Shown here: positions 42,110 to 57,689 of the stretch, one piece after another | Numbering within the stretch: position 1 is the stretch's first letter | Layout of the letters: the number at the start of each line of letters is the position of its first letter | Source of the DNA: the human T2T-CHM13v2.0 reference genome, Homo sapiens | Length of the DNA stretch: 64,000 nt | Assembly (NCBI RefSeq): GCF_009914755.1 | Contig: NC_060928.1 | Direction: 5' to 3' (one strand) | Program-made: the position numbers and the translations under genes | The notes under the pieces: generated by a model | What the model was told of the DNA's origin: nothing | Seen by the model: only the letters and a program-made list of their open reading frames with translations | Databases searched by the model: none

Positions 42110-43540
42110 TTATAAAAATGATATTTTCCTACATTTTCTCCTGGAAGCTTTATATTTTTACCTTTCATATCTAAATCCACAATCCTCTAGAATTGATTTT
42201 TATGTATGGTGTGAGACTGGGGGTCAAATTTTCTTTTATACCTTATGGATATACTATTGACTTGGAACCATTATTATGAAAATGTCCCTCTTCTCTGGAG
42301 AGCCACCTTTGTCTTAAATCAAGTCATGTAAGTATGGGCGTGTTTCAGGACTTTCTATTCTATTCCACCGGTCCACTAGTCTATCCTAGTCCATACCACA
42401 CTATTTTGATAACTGTGGATCTATATTTAGTCTTGTTATTCAGGCAAGCTAGTCCTCTTACCTGTGCTTTGGTTGTGCATTGTCCCCTTGGATTTCCATG
42501 TAAAATTTAGAATCAACTTGTCAAGTTCTACACAAAAACACAAGCTAGGATTTTGATTGCACAATATCTGTAGATCAATAAGCAGACAACTAATGTCTTT
42601 ATAACATTGAGACTTCCAACCCATGAACATAATAGCTCTCCATTTATTTATGTCTTCTTTAGTTTCTCTCAATACTTCTTAATAGATTTTTAATGTAGAA
42701 GACCTGTGTATCTTCATTAGATTTAGTCCTAAAATTTTTATATTTTTAACAATGTTATGGTCTCTTTATTATTTGTACCTGATACCTAAAAATACAATTG
42801 TGTCGATGTTTGTATTTGCATCACAACCTTACTTTCAGCAATCTATATAAATTCTTTTGGATTTTCTATTGTATGTATCATCATGTCACCTGCAAATAAG
42901 ATTTTATATCTTCCTTTCCAGTCTTTATGTATATTTTTCCTTTTCTTACTTTATTGTACTGGCTAGCACTTCAGTACAATGTTGAATAAAGGACATTCTG
43001 TTCTTATTCCTCATCTTAGAAAGTTTTCCATGTTTTACAGTTTAACTGATGTTTATAGGTTTTCAAAATACCCTTACGCTGTTCACAGAAATTCTCTCTT
43101 GTTTTTTGTTTGCCCTGAGTTTTAATCATAAATGGACGTCAAATTTTATCAAGTGTGGGTTTTCTCTCCTATTAAAATTATTACATGATTCTTTAATTCT
43201 GAAAATATGATATATTCCATTAATCAAATTTCAAATGCTGAACAATTTGGTTGTCCTGGAACAAACCAAATTAGGTTTGAACTATCCTGGTAGGTTCTAT
43301 CCTTGTAGAAATAATGAACTATCCTTGTAGGTTCCGGTAACAAGTTGTTGCCTACCTCACAAACCAAGTTTGGAAGCGTTATCTCTTTTTCTATTCTCTG
43401 AAAGAATTAAAAATGCTTTTCCTTAAATGGTAATAGACACCAATGAAATTATTTGGGCCTAGAGTTTTCTTTGTGGAAAAGTGTTTATTTTCAGATTCAA
43501 TTTCTTAAATAATTACAGAAGCATTTAGCTTTCGCTCCAT
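42110..43540 (-). mobile_element. Old L1M ORF2 fragment
   Basis: ORF 42436-42672 (-) reads RETKEDINKWR..WK..ELDKLILNFTWKSKG, resembling L1 ORF2. Confidence 0.75.
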
Positions 43541-45253
43541 TTCCTTATATCCCCAGTTTTCTGCTTATTCTCAGACTTGACTGTGATCCATCCAATATGA
43601 ATTTTTATCCATTCTGGAATGAAAGCAAGAACTGAAATTGGGTGTTGTGGCCTCTTTGATGTGTTTGTTATCAGTCTGTCTTTGGAGTTGCAAAAGTTCT
43701 GTCAGCACAAACCATAAATTTTCCCCACTTCTGATACTACCTGAAACCTGGCAGGTGGTTAATTTCATTGCCAACAATCTGCTTATTGCAACTAAAATAT
43801 AAATCAGAACTCCAGGACATCTATACTAAACAACAGCTTAGAGGAAGAAAGTATTTGAGTGGCAGGTTCAGGGTGGCAGGAACTGCAAAATGGGATGTTT
43901 AAAAAAGTTCTTAATAGCCCTCTCATTGGTGAACTAAAGTCCCCATGATATCTAAGCTACAGAAAGAGGCAGCAAACTCACTGAGTTTCAGATGCGTGTG
44001 TGACAAGCAAATAGTTATAAAAGAGCATCACCCTAATAGATGATATTGCTATTTTAAATATGCCATCATGTAATAAGTCTATTTAATCTCATCTTTATTT
44101 AATATTTGATAGAACTCTTAGTTGGTTCCTTGTATATCTAGCCATTCAATAGGGGAGAAGTTAACACAAGTCTCAAGATGGAGGACTATAGCAGTAATCT
44201 ATTGCTGCATAACTGTCCCATAACTCAGTAGCTTAAAATAATTGTTATTGCACAGTTTCTATAAATCAGAAATCCAGGGGTGGCTTCACTTGTTCCTCTG
44301 CTTCAGGGTCTCTCACTTGTTGTAATCAAAGTGTCAACTAGAGTTGTACTATCTCAAAGGTCAACTGGAAAAAGATCACTTTCAAAGCTCGTTCACATGG
44401 TTGTTGGCAGAATTTGGTTCCTCAGGAATGGTTGGAATAAAAGCCTCTTAAATTGTCCATATATTGATGAATTTGATCTTGCTCTGAAAAGAGGAGGAGA
44501 AACATAGAGAACTAGATATGCTTGAATTTGTTTTGGAATTAAAGCAAGTAAATTCTGTGATCTTTGACTAAAATTCTCCAACCCTTCTTATCTGACATAT
44601 AAGATACAGTCTCAGACTCTTACCTTATCTGCCTTTACCTGACTGTGAAACCATAAAATAGTTATAATTTTCCCTTTTTTAAATAATAAAATTTATAAAT
44701 TTCAACAGTATTTTGAGTAGGGAAGCATTTTGAGATGTAAGCACTCTATCAAATTCCAACTTATCTACCATAAAAGGGTCAGTTTCTACAAGGCAATCAC
44801 AAAGTCCTGAATATGTTCCAGAATAGCTCAAGAGTTCTGTCCTGGTCTTTGATTTTTGTGTTCTAGTAATATTCCCAGGGCCATTCTTAGGATTTGAGGC
44901 ATTTTAATTGGGTATACAAGAAGTTATCCCTAAAACACAGAGGGATAGATTTAAATAAATAGATCCAAAACTTACAAAACTTTCCCTTACTCCAGTATGG
45001 GCTTAAATCCAGATCATCTCAACTAAAAGGTAAAGATGATTATGTTTCAAAAGGAAAATTCAATGCCATGATTTTTTTTTAAATATCCTTTCTTTTTTTA
45101 CTCTTAGAATTAGGCTACAGTCTGGTAAGAGTCATATGGCCATTATGAGACTAAATACTGTTAAAAGACAAAGCATTGCCATTTTACTGTTACATAGCAC
45201 AAATATCTGTAGAAATCATCTCATGAAGTAAACTTAAAATGTAGAGGCTTGGG

Positions 45254-47215
<1,962 letters not shown>

Positions 47216-47301
47216 AATATAAAGGCTGAAACACAATGCAAATCAAAAGGCAAATAACAAATGGTACAATGCATGCAACATATATGACAGACAAAGATTA
47301 A

Positions 47302-47941
<640 letters not shown>

Positions 47942-49764
47942 ACAAACCAATAAATTTTAAAATCCAATGGAAAAATAGGCAAAGGACTTTGTTAGACAAT
48001 ACACAAAAAGGAATAGACAAATAGAGTCTAAACATGTGAAAAAACACTCAATGCCTCTCATAAGAGAAATGAGCATGAAAAATGTATGATTTGCAACTTG
48101 CCAGACTGACAGAAATCAAAAAAGTTTGATAATACTTTGGGCATTTTCATATAGTATTTTTGGAAATGTAATTTGGCAAAAATCTTTTTAGAAGGCAATA
48201 TCTATCAAAAATAAAAATATTTAAATTAAAATGCATATTGATTTTAACCCAATCACTTCATTTGTGACAATTAATTGTACAGGTATTCCCAAATTAAACA
48301 TATGTATAAGGATATTAATTTAAGCAAAACGTTGGAAACTAAAATGTCTCCCATTAGAAGACTGTCAAATATAATAATTGATATAATGAATTATATGGCC
48401 ATTCCATTCCATTAGAATGGAATATTATACAGATATTTTATTTGTATTGTTATGCAACTATTTCTCAAGTTATGTAACTATTTCTCAAATATATACACAA
48501 TGTGTATAATATGCTATCATTTGTGAAAAAACTATTCTGTATACATATGTATATGAATATGCATTCTCTGTAATGATTCATTAAAAAGTGGCAAAAATCT
48601 TTGTCTTTAGGAAGAACTGGGGCTTGGATAGGAAGGAGACTTTTATTCAGAACTTTTGGAACTTGTTCATGTATACTTTTAACCATTTGAAGGCTAACAT
48701 TTTCACATATGAAGCACATTTAATAGGCAAGTTTTTCCCTGGTCTAGAAGAAATGTTACATAATTAGAAATCAAAGACACTGTGAAAACACTTGAGAATG
48801 CTCATGAGCACATACAATTCTAGTTTCAATCAAATAAAACCTCTTGTGTTGACAAGACAAAATTAAAACCTTCAGTTTTCATTTCAGTTGTGCTAAAAAT
48901 GAACCAGGTAGTGTCACTATAGTTAATTTTCTATGAGTCTTTCTTGCTCCAAAGACAACTTGGTTATCAGAAAGTGTTTGTGTGGAGCAAGTGGCATCTG
49001 TTGCCTATTTGTCAGGAGCAGAAGTCTGAGCACTTCTGTCCACTGCATCTTGTTTCAAAGTCGCCAAGGAAAACAATGCAGTGAAACACTGGGTGGAACA
49101 CACATTACTCACATACAGAAGAGACAGAGCAAGATCAGCTTCCCTAGTGGACTTCAGTCTCCCATGACCAGAGGGTCCCTCTTGGCAGCTGACACAGGGC
49201 AGGTGGCCTGCAAACACTCCTCTTGTGCTGAAGGACCCCCATCCCCTCCCCCACAGGAGACAGAGCAGTGGGGTTGGTCAGATGCCATATGATGCACACA
49301 CTTAAGCAGGGCAAAGGACTACACATTGACTCTGAAACAGAGGAAGATATTACTATACGGGGTGGTAAGTTCAGCACAGGCTCTGTGGACTCCTAGTCTC
49401 TTCAAAAGAAGTGTTCCAGGCCCAAGGCCCACTCTCAAACAACTGAGTAGGAGTTAAAAGACTGTATGTATGAGATTCCGTTTCCCAACAGTTTGGCTCT
49501 TTCACAAGGAAGAAATCACAAGAGTCACAGAATTGAAAATGAGTTAGAAAATACACAGTTATCTTGAAAGTTTTATCCATAGGGAAGCAGCATAATGAAG
49601 AATAAGAACTTAAGATTTGGAATCCATGTTTTATTTCTTATCAATGGGCAACTGGGGAATTTTTAAAACTTCTCTGAACTTTAGTTTTCTTGTATGTAAA
49701 ATGGAGCTAATACAATCAGCTTCCAACTTGTAATATGTTTACTGAGGTTAACACATAAAATCTC

Positions 49765-50096
<332 letters not shown>

Positions 50097-50644
50097 CTAG
50101 CACAGAGGTATTAAGTGCTCACTATAGAGTCAAACTTACAGGGAAATATGGGTGATGTAAGTGCTATTTTGAATTTTCTTTATAACTAAAAGAAGAAAAT
50201 TAGCAAATAATGTTTCCAGACAGTTCTATTTAATACTTTATGTATTTGAGTAACTGACTAAAAAGCAAATGTTCATCAGGTTTTTTTGGGTTGCACAAAA
50301 GGAAAATATAAGTTTTGTTTGCCAAATTCATTTGGATGTGAAGCCAACTTCATCAAACTTTAAAATTCTAAGTCTTTGTGACCTAAGGTTCTCAAAAGAG
50401 CAGCTAGAATCAATACTGTTCTTGGATTAATGGCTCAAAGAAGTCATTATGTTTTGTTTCTTGATGCTGTAGATTTAACATCATATTGGTAGAGATGTGT
50501 AACTTCTTACATGGATTAGACATCAAGAAGCCAATGTGTACATATAAACTAAAAACTGAAAATGAATACATTCAGATATTAAATTATAAAACTGCATAAC
50601 AAATACAAATTTGTTAATTTTCCACAAGGACTAAAACAACGCTA

Positions 50645-52620
50645 TTAATAACGAGTAGTCTTTTTCATCACTCTCAAAACATCTTCCTCGTTTATTTCTC
50701 CATCTCTATCATGATCAGCTTCATCAAGCATTTCCTGTAAAACAAAATGTAAATATATGAAATACATTTAAAATGACATAAATGAAGTCAAACACATATT
50801 CAAAACCAAATTTTATTTTAAATGCATAAGTGCAACTAAAGTTAGAATTATAATCCTAAATTATCACATAAGTTATAATTACATATAAATTATAATTATA
50901 AAAATAAGCAAAATCTACCTGAAGTTCATCATGTTAAATTTTCCCCTGGTTTCTTAGCAAACCTCTTGATACCGGTTAGTATTATACTTCCAGTATCATC
51001 ATCATCAAATAATTTGAAAGTCTTCAATATTTCTTCTTTTTCATCTTTTTTACTCTTTTAAAAAAGAAGCAACTATCCAGTCTTTCATTTATTTATTTTA
51101 TCAAGCTGGACTTAATTAGATCTTTGGGGTCTAAAGCAGCAATGTGCCAAGTAGCTGTGTTCTGATTTTATTTATTGGTCTTTTAACAATTATGTACTCA
51201 CACCTGCCCTCAAGGTGCTTAAAGGTAGAGCTTGCTAAGGTGGAGAAGGCACAGGGTGGTCCAGAATGCATCTCTTATTAAACCTCATAATTCAGATCCG
51301 TTACCAAAAATGTAAGCTTCAAAATGGAAGGTTGTATCTTTCAATGCTCCTTAGAATAGTGCCTGGCAAAAATAGGCATTCAATATATGTTGCTGAATTA
51401 AAGGCTTCCAAATTCTGGCCCCATTCTCTCTATCCTGCAATATAGCCTCATTATTTCCTGACAAAAACCTCTTCTCCACATCATAGTCTTCTCATTACTA
51501 CCCTGAAAACATATTTAATCTTGCTCTTCCTATCTCCCATCCTTAAAAACCTAGTTCTAATTGCTTCTCTATAAAACTTCTGATTGCTCCAGCCCTAAAA
51601 TGTAGCAGGTTATTGCTAGTATTTCTTTGAAAAATAAAATCATAACTATATCATTTTTATACTCATAATGGCAAAAAAAAATCTTCAAAACTAATGGTGC
51701 CAATTCCTTCTTTATCAACTTCAGCTACCATTTTTTAAATTTCTTCTTTCTTTGGTTCAAATCCTAAGGCCCACACTGCAATCTGAAATAGGAAGAAAAG
51801 GAATTATAATATGCCATGATTTCTTTCTAAGCTTTTTAACTCCCTATTAAGAGCTTCTCTCTTTTCTATTATGGACTGAGCATAAACAGAAAATTAGGTC
51901 AGCAGGCCTGTGTTTCAGTCCTACTGTGCCATCATGTACATCACTGTTACACCCTGGGCTTTTGCCTACTCATTTATAAAACACAATTAAAATGCTTAAC
52001 AAGATATCGTTTTGCTAATGCAGGGCAGGCATATGCACTGAAGAGACTTTATATTAAGCTTTCAGAAGACTACTTTTAAAGAAAGCCTTAAAGATTGCCA
52101 CAAATAATATGGTTTTTAAAATGATTTAGAATTAGAAATAATTTCAGAACCTTCTTTTACATCGATGGTTCCAGACCCATCAATATCAAATAAATTAAAG
52201 GCGTCTTTAATTTCTTGCTTTTGGGATTCATTCAGTTCAATTTTTGCTGCTCTTTTCTTCCATTGGTCTGAACTTGTATGGTAGTTAGATGCCTGTAATA
52301 CACACACATATGGGTGAAAGATAAATTATATAACTGGAATAGTTAGCAGAACCAGAATAATTGATGATAAACTATATTAAAGTACCTATTTCCTACTATA
52401 AAATGAATCTCAACAGGAGTAAGGAAGGAGTGCAGTTGCTGCCAGGGGCAGCCTTCCTTGCTCTGGCGGAAAAACTTCGGCCCCGGCCCCAGCAGAAGGT
52501 TACAGCTTCACACTCACCAGGTCCCCAGCCGGCAGCCGGCGCTCTCAGCCGGGACCTCCCGGCGTCACCTCCCGCAGCCCCGCCCAACCCAAGTCTTCAC
52601 AGCTCACTGGCGGTTGCTAA
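50645..52620 (-). pseudogene. CETN4P: Centrin-4 unprocessed pseudogene; exons: 1 ends 52518, 2 = 52292-52151, 3 = 51782-51652, 4 = 51054-50919, 5 coding = 50734-50645
   Basis: Exons translate to centrin: [47 protein letters not shown] / [42 protein letters not shown] / [33 protein letters not shown] / [31 protein letters not shown] acceptors present; multiple disabling lesions. The exon-1 5' boundary is approximate. Confidence 0.95.
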
Positions 52621-53070
52621 GGCCGCTCTCACCGACCTCTCTCAGCCCCGCCCACCCAGCCTGAGTTATTGACATCCAGTTCATCCAATGGACAGAAAAA
52701 AAGGCCTTTAAACCAGCCCTTTCTCTCTACTCCCTACCAATAGCGTGACGTCCCCGCCTTTCGCAGCCCGGCGTTAAGCGGAACTTCTCTCTCCAGCTGT
52801 GTCTCTTAGCAACTAAGCCCCCGGCTCCTCCAGAAGCCCCTCTTCGCACATGCGCAAACTGCGGACGGGGAACTGGGCTCCCTAGCCCTGGCGTTTTTGG
52901 TGTTGCTGTCCCAGCCAGAATCGCGTCTGGCCGGTGGGAAGCCGGGAACTCCAGCCCCCTGTAGGAGAGGAGAAAGGAGCGAGGTTAGTAGTGAGGTGCT
53001 TCCGCTGACTGCTAAGCTAAGTCTTTCCTGAAGACGTGGGAGCCCGTGTGTTTGATTTTTCTGTCCTCTT
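52440..53070. promoter_or_regulatory. CpG-island bidirectional promoter (CETN4P / BBS12)
   Basis: CpG-rich. X-box-like GTTGCTAAGGCCGC 52613-52626 and GTCTCTTAGCAAC 52801-52813; CCAAT 52685 and 52737; CRE-like TGACGTCC 52746-52753; GC boxes CCCCGCCC; NRF1-like CGCACATGCGCA 52845-52856. Confidence 0.85.
52800..52983 (+). other. BBS12: BBS12 non-coding exon 1 (TSS approximate)
   Basis: Donor GAG|GTTAGT at 52983/52984 within the CpG island. BBS12 is known to have a non-coding first exon and a single coding exon. Confidence 0.75.
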
Positions 53071-53474
53071 CGGGCCAGGGAAAGAATGAGAATCTAGGGC
53101 CTGGAGGTCCTGGGGTGAATTGGTCCAGCATGTGGCTAGGAGTACTAGAGGAAGAGGGGACTGCCCTTTCTTTTTGCCGCTAGACTTTCCTCATTTTCTA
53201 CAGTGCCTGGAGCTGGGCCTTCAGCCATTTACCTCCTCCCTGTTTTGGGCAGGGATTCTGGCATGGTAGACACCAGAATTCTGTATAGCAGTGGCATGGG
53301 GTAACAGTGTCGTTGGAGGGACGTGGGTATTGGGATAAGCATGGGTCTTGGGATGTATTTAAAGCTTCACTACATACATAGATAAACGTTTTTACATGTT
53401 TCGTGTAGCATTTGTTTACGAGGTAGGACTTTGGCCCCACCCATAATTACTATCGGACCCCGCCCTCCAACCCC

Positions 53475-53475
<1 letters not shown>

Positions 53476-53524
<49 letters not shown>
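53476..53524. repeat. (CA)n microsatellite, ~24 units
   Basis: Perfect run in BBS12 intron 1. Confidence 0.97.
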
Positions 53525-53525
<1 letters not shown>

Positions 53526-54351
53526 CCAGCCATTTCCTTGGCCCAGTCCTAAGATTTGGCCAGTTGTCAACGATATCAACTTGATCTGCACTTCAGAGTC
53601 AGACACAGGTAGTCTGATTATCCAGTTGATTCAGTAACGGCCTAGATTTAGATACTTGTGAAACTTTTGTAAACCAACTCAATCTCTTGTCCAGAGGGCC
53701 AGATTTACTGCTTCTGCCCGTTCTGAATTTGGCCAGGAATCAGCTTAAAGGACAGGGGAGAAAGACTGAGGTAGGATGGACCACTGACTTCCTGGTGGGA
53801 ATGAAGGAATGAGAGAATCTTAAAACTTCTAACCTTTAATTGCTCACACATGCGGACCCCTTTTATGCCTCCTACAATGTCTTCTCTAGAGGAAATATTT
53901 TCTAAAAATTATACTGGATTCTTCAAAAATGGATTCAGGAAGAATACTAACTTTAGTCTTTTTTTTTTTTTTTTTTTTTTTTGTCTCACTTATCTTCCTG
54001 AAGGCAGGAGAGGAAAACAAGTGCAAAGTGCATTCTTGAAGCACTCTGTCAAATCACTTTTCATGCTTCATTGAGTAGAAACATGGCACATTTTCCAAAG
54101 CCATCAGCCTGTCTTGTTCATATTATATCCCAGACAGACACGCAAGTATTGTAATCATTGATAAAAATCTCATTAGGCTTCTGGAAAATAGGTAAGTTTA
54201 TCCTCATATTGCAGGTGATTTTTCCATATAAAGTTACCCAGTGAAAATTAAAATGGCACAAATCCAAGATAATTTTTGAGTTAAGTAAAATGTGGTCACT
54301 TTAATATATGATTTTTCACGTCATTTATCTCACTTGGAAAGTTGCTCTTGA

Positions 54352-54665
<314 letters not shown>

Positions 54666-54999
54666 ATATACTTCATTTTTAATACTAATATTAAAAGGAT
54701 TTCTTAGACCCAGAAATGAATAGTGACCAAGTATATACTCAACCCAATCCTAATTTCGAGGATCTCTTGGATCATGTTTGATCTAATGACAATTAAATGG
54801 CGGAGTAGTATATTAACCTATTTTTATATCACTATGATTTAGGCTTTTATATTTGGAATATTTACTGCTAGTTAAAATGTTTTTTTAATTGTAGGCTCAG
54901 ATTCCAACTCCCAGATCTTGAATAGGATGTAATTAGTTTTGAAAACTAGCTATTAACGAATCTAACTGCACTTTAGAACATTAATCATCATCATTATCC

Positions 55000-56460
55000 A
55001 GGAAAACATTAAACACATAGGCACTCTTAAATCTCCCAAATGTATTTAATGTTTTCTATATGTCATGCACTATGCCAACTACTGGGTGAGTTCGAAAGAA
55101 ATAAAAATAGAATATAAAAGATGAATAACTAAGGAATCTACAGATTAGTGGGGGAGCTAGACACAAACATAATACAATGTTTTTAATACAGGGTATTTTT
55201 AATCTGCTTTGGTAGATGGGTATAGAAAGTGCGTTGGGAGCACAGAAAGGAGGGACAACTCTACCCCAGGGCATTAGAGAAGTCCTGATAGGAAATGAGG
55301 CATTTGCGTTGGGTCATGAAAGATCTATAGCATCTATGGAGATGAAGAAAATATAGACTATTCAAATCAGTATAGCTTAGTGAAAATAAATATGTTCTAG
55401 CGTGACAAGATCATGAGGTTTATAAGGAAAGGTGGGAGAAGAGTCATAAATTAGGTTGAGGTTAGATTATAAGGCACATATATCAAGCCAAGGAGTAAAG
55501 ACTTTCTTTTTTAAGATAAATAGATGTTTTTTGGCAGTGGAGTAATCTGTTTAGGTTTGTGCTTTTTCAGTGCTAATTCTGACCACCATATGAAGGAGGA
55601 ACTCTCATTAGAAGCAATTAAAGGGCCTCAACTAAGGCGGTGCCAAATAGGAATCAAGTCAACTCCAAGGATGGTTAAAACTTATATTCATGTTGGAGAA
55701 ATACTAAAAGTACCGTCTGTTTTCTCTTGCTTCAGTTTTGTACTTAAATTTGGGGGAACAAATATGGTGAAAAAAATTCATTCACTTACCAAATATTTAT
55801 AGAGTACTTGCTGTGTGTCAGGCAATATTGTAGGTACTCGGGATATACATCATTGACTAAAATTGCCTTCCTGGAAATTACATTCTAAGAGAGAGATGTA
55901 GTCTATAAAAAATAAATAAGTAAACTATATCCTATTTTATAAGGGAATAAGTGTTATGGGAAAAAGAAAGTATAACAGATGGAACAAATCCAGAGTACAG
56001 AGGGAAAAGAGGATTTGTGGTATTCTATAGAGTGCTCAGGGTAGGCCTCATTGAAAAGCAGAAAATTTGAGAAAATATTTGAAGGTGATGCAGCAATAGA
56101 TTTCTTAGGGAAGAGCATTCCAGAAAGAGGGAACAACTAGAACAGAAACATTAAGATAGGGAACATGCAAAGCATTACAAAAAGAGGCCAGAACAAAGTG
56201 GCCAAGGGATAAAATAGTAAGTGATAAAGTCAGAAGGGTAAAGAAAGGACTGCAAATAGTTAGGGCATTGTAAGGACTTTGACTTCGACTCCAAGTGAAA
56301 TGGGTAGGCCTTGCAAGATTTTGAGCCTAGGAGTGAAAGGATATGAGTTCATTTTTAAAAGGGACTCCTGTGTCAAAGGCATAAAGCTTTATTTTCTGAG
56401 TTAGAGGTTTTTAAACAGTAGAGTGACATGATTAGACTTCTGTATTGGGAATAGACTGGA
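55000..56460 (+). mobile_element. L2 fragments
   Basis: ATTCATTCACTTACCAAATATTTATAGAGTACTTGCTGTGTGTCAGGCA, GGGAAGAGCATTCCAG and similar; orientation label tentative. Confidence 0.7.
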
Positions 56461-57689
56461 GATGAGCAAACAGTTGATTTAGATAATAAAAGGCTAATCA
56501 TGCCCATCAAGAAAATATTATAATTTTTCAAAATGCAGCTCCTGAAAGCATTGCATGTCTTATTACTCTAAACTGAGTACCTTAGACAAAACTGGACATA
56601 ATCTTTTGAAAAAAAAAACTTATTCTGATGTCAAAATTCCAGTTAAGTTGTCTGACTCTGCTCTTCCATTACACACTTAGAAACTCAAAGAAACATTAAG
56701 CTGGCAAGTACTGAAAACAGAGAACTGTTTGTGGAAAACATTGGTGCATAACAGGACATGCATAGCAGGACAAGAATCAGATTGTGTCTGTGTAATGCCA
56801 AGAAGAGTTGCCAGAAGTACTTATCATCTTTGAAATTATCCACTTTGTTATCCCCTTTGCTGTTTTTGCCTTTTTATACCCCATCTCTTAGAGGATGGGG
56901 CATTTTTGTTTTGAGTTTTTATATTATGTTAATTATAGCCGACTGTAACCTGTTCAAAATAATAATTTAGGAGCTCTTCTAGAGTTGGGAATGCTGAGAA
57001 TTTTTAAAAATTACTAAAACTTGGAATAGCTTTTTCAAATGCCAAAGCAGATTTGTCTTGAATATTGATTTTGATATCAGTTTTATGTGACTTTTTGCTT
57101 ATACATTAGTTTTCTTTAAATAATTTCATGCCTTTTGTATCTAGGAAACTTTTTCACATAAATTAAATACAGATTAAATTTGAAATAGCCCATGACTGTT
57201 TCCATTCGCTCTAAGTTCTCTCTGACTTTTCTACTCGTAGTAATATCTTGTGATTTAAGCATAGTATAGAAAGGAGATCATAAGCAGAGACCCTGATACA
57301 TGTACAAGTTAAGAGTATGAATAAGGTTTGGAAGAAGGCAGAAAGGTTTGGAAAAGGGAAACACAGTAAAAGATTCTAAAGAAGAGAGGGTGAATTACTA
57401 TCATACTGGGCAAGGGGCACCTAAAAGGCAGAATTATATAGTAGTTAATAGCATAGGCTTTAACATTAGACAAACCTGGGTTTTAGTCCATAGCCTTTTA
57501 CAAATTAGCTGTGAAATTTTGTATATGTTATGTAACTATTCTGCTTCATTTTCCACATCACTAAAATAGATTATAGTACCTCCCTCATGTTGTTGTGAAT
57601 GAATACTACATTACATAATACTTGTAAAATGCCTCATACTTAGTAAGCTTTCATAACATGTTCGAAATGAAAAACAAAACCCAAAAGTC

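Noticed and set aside
52361-52672. 103-aa Pro/Ala-rich ORF
   Set aside because: Typical stop-poor CpG-island frame, antisense to CETN4P exon 1 and upstream of the BBS12 TSS.
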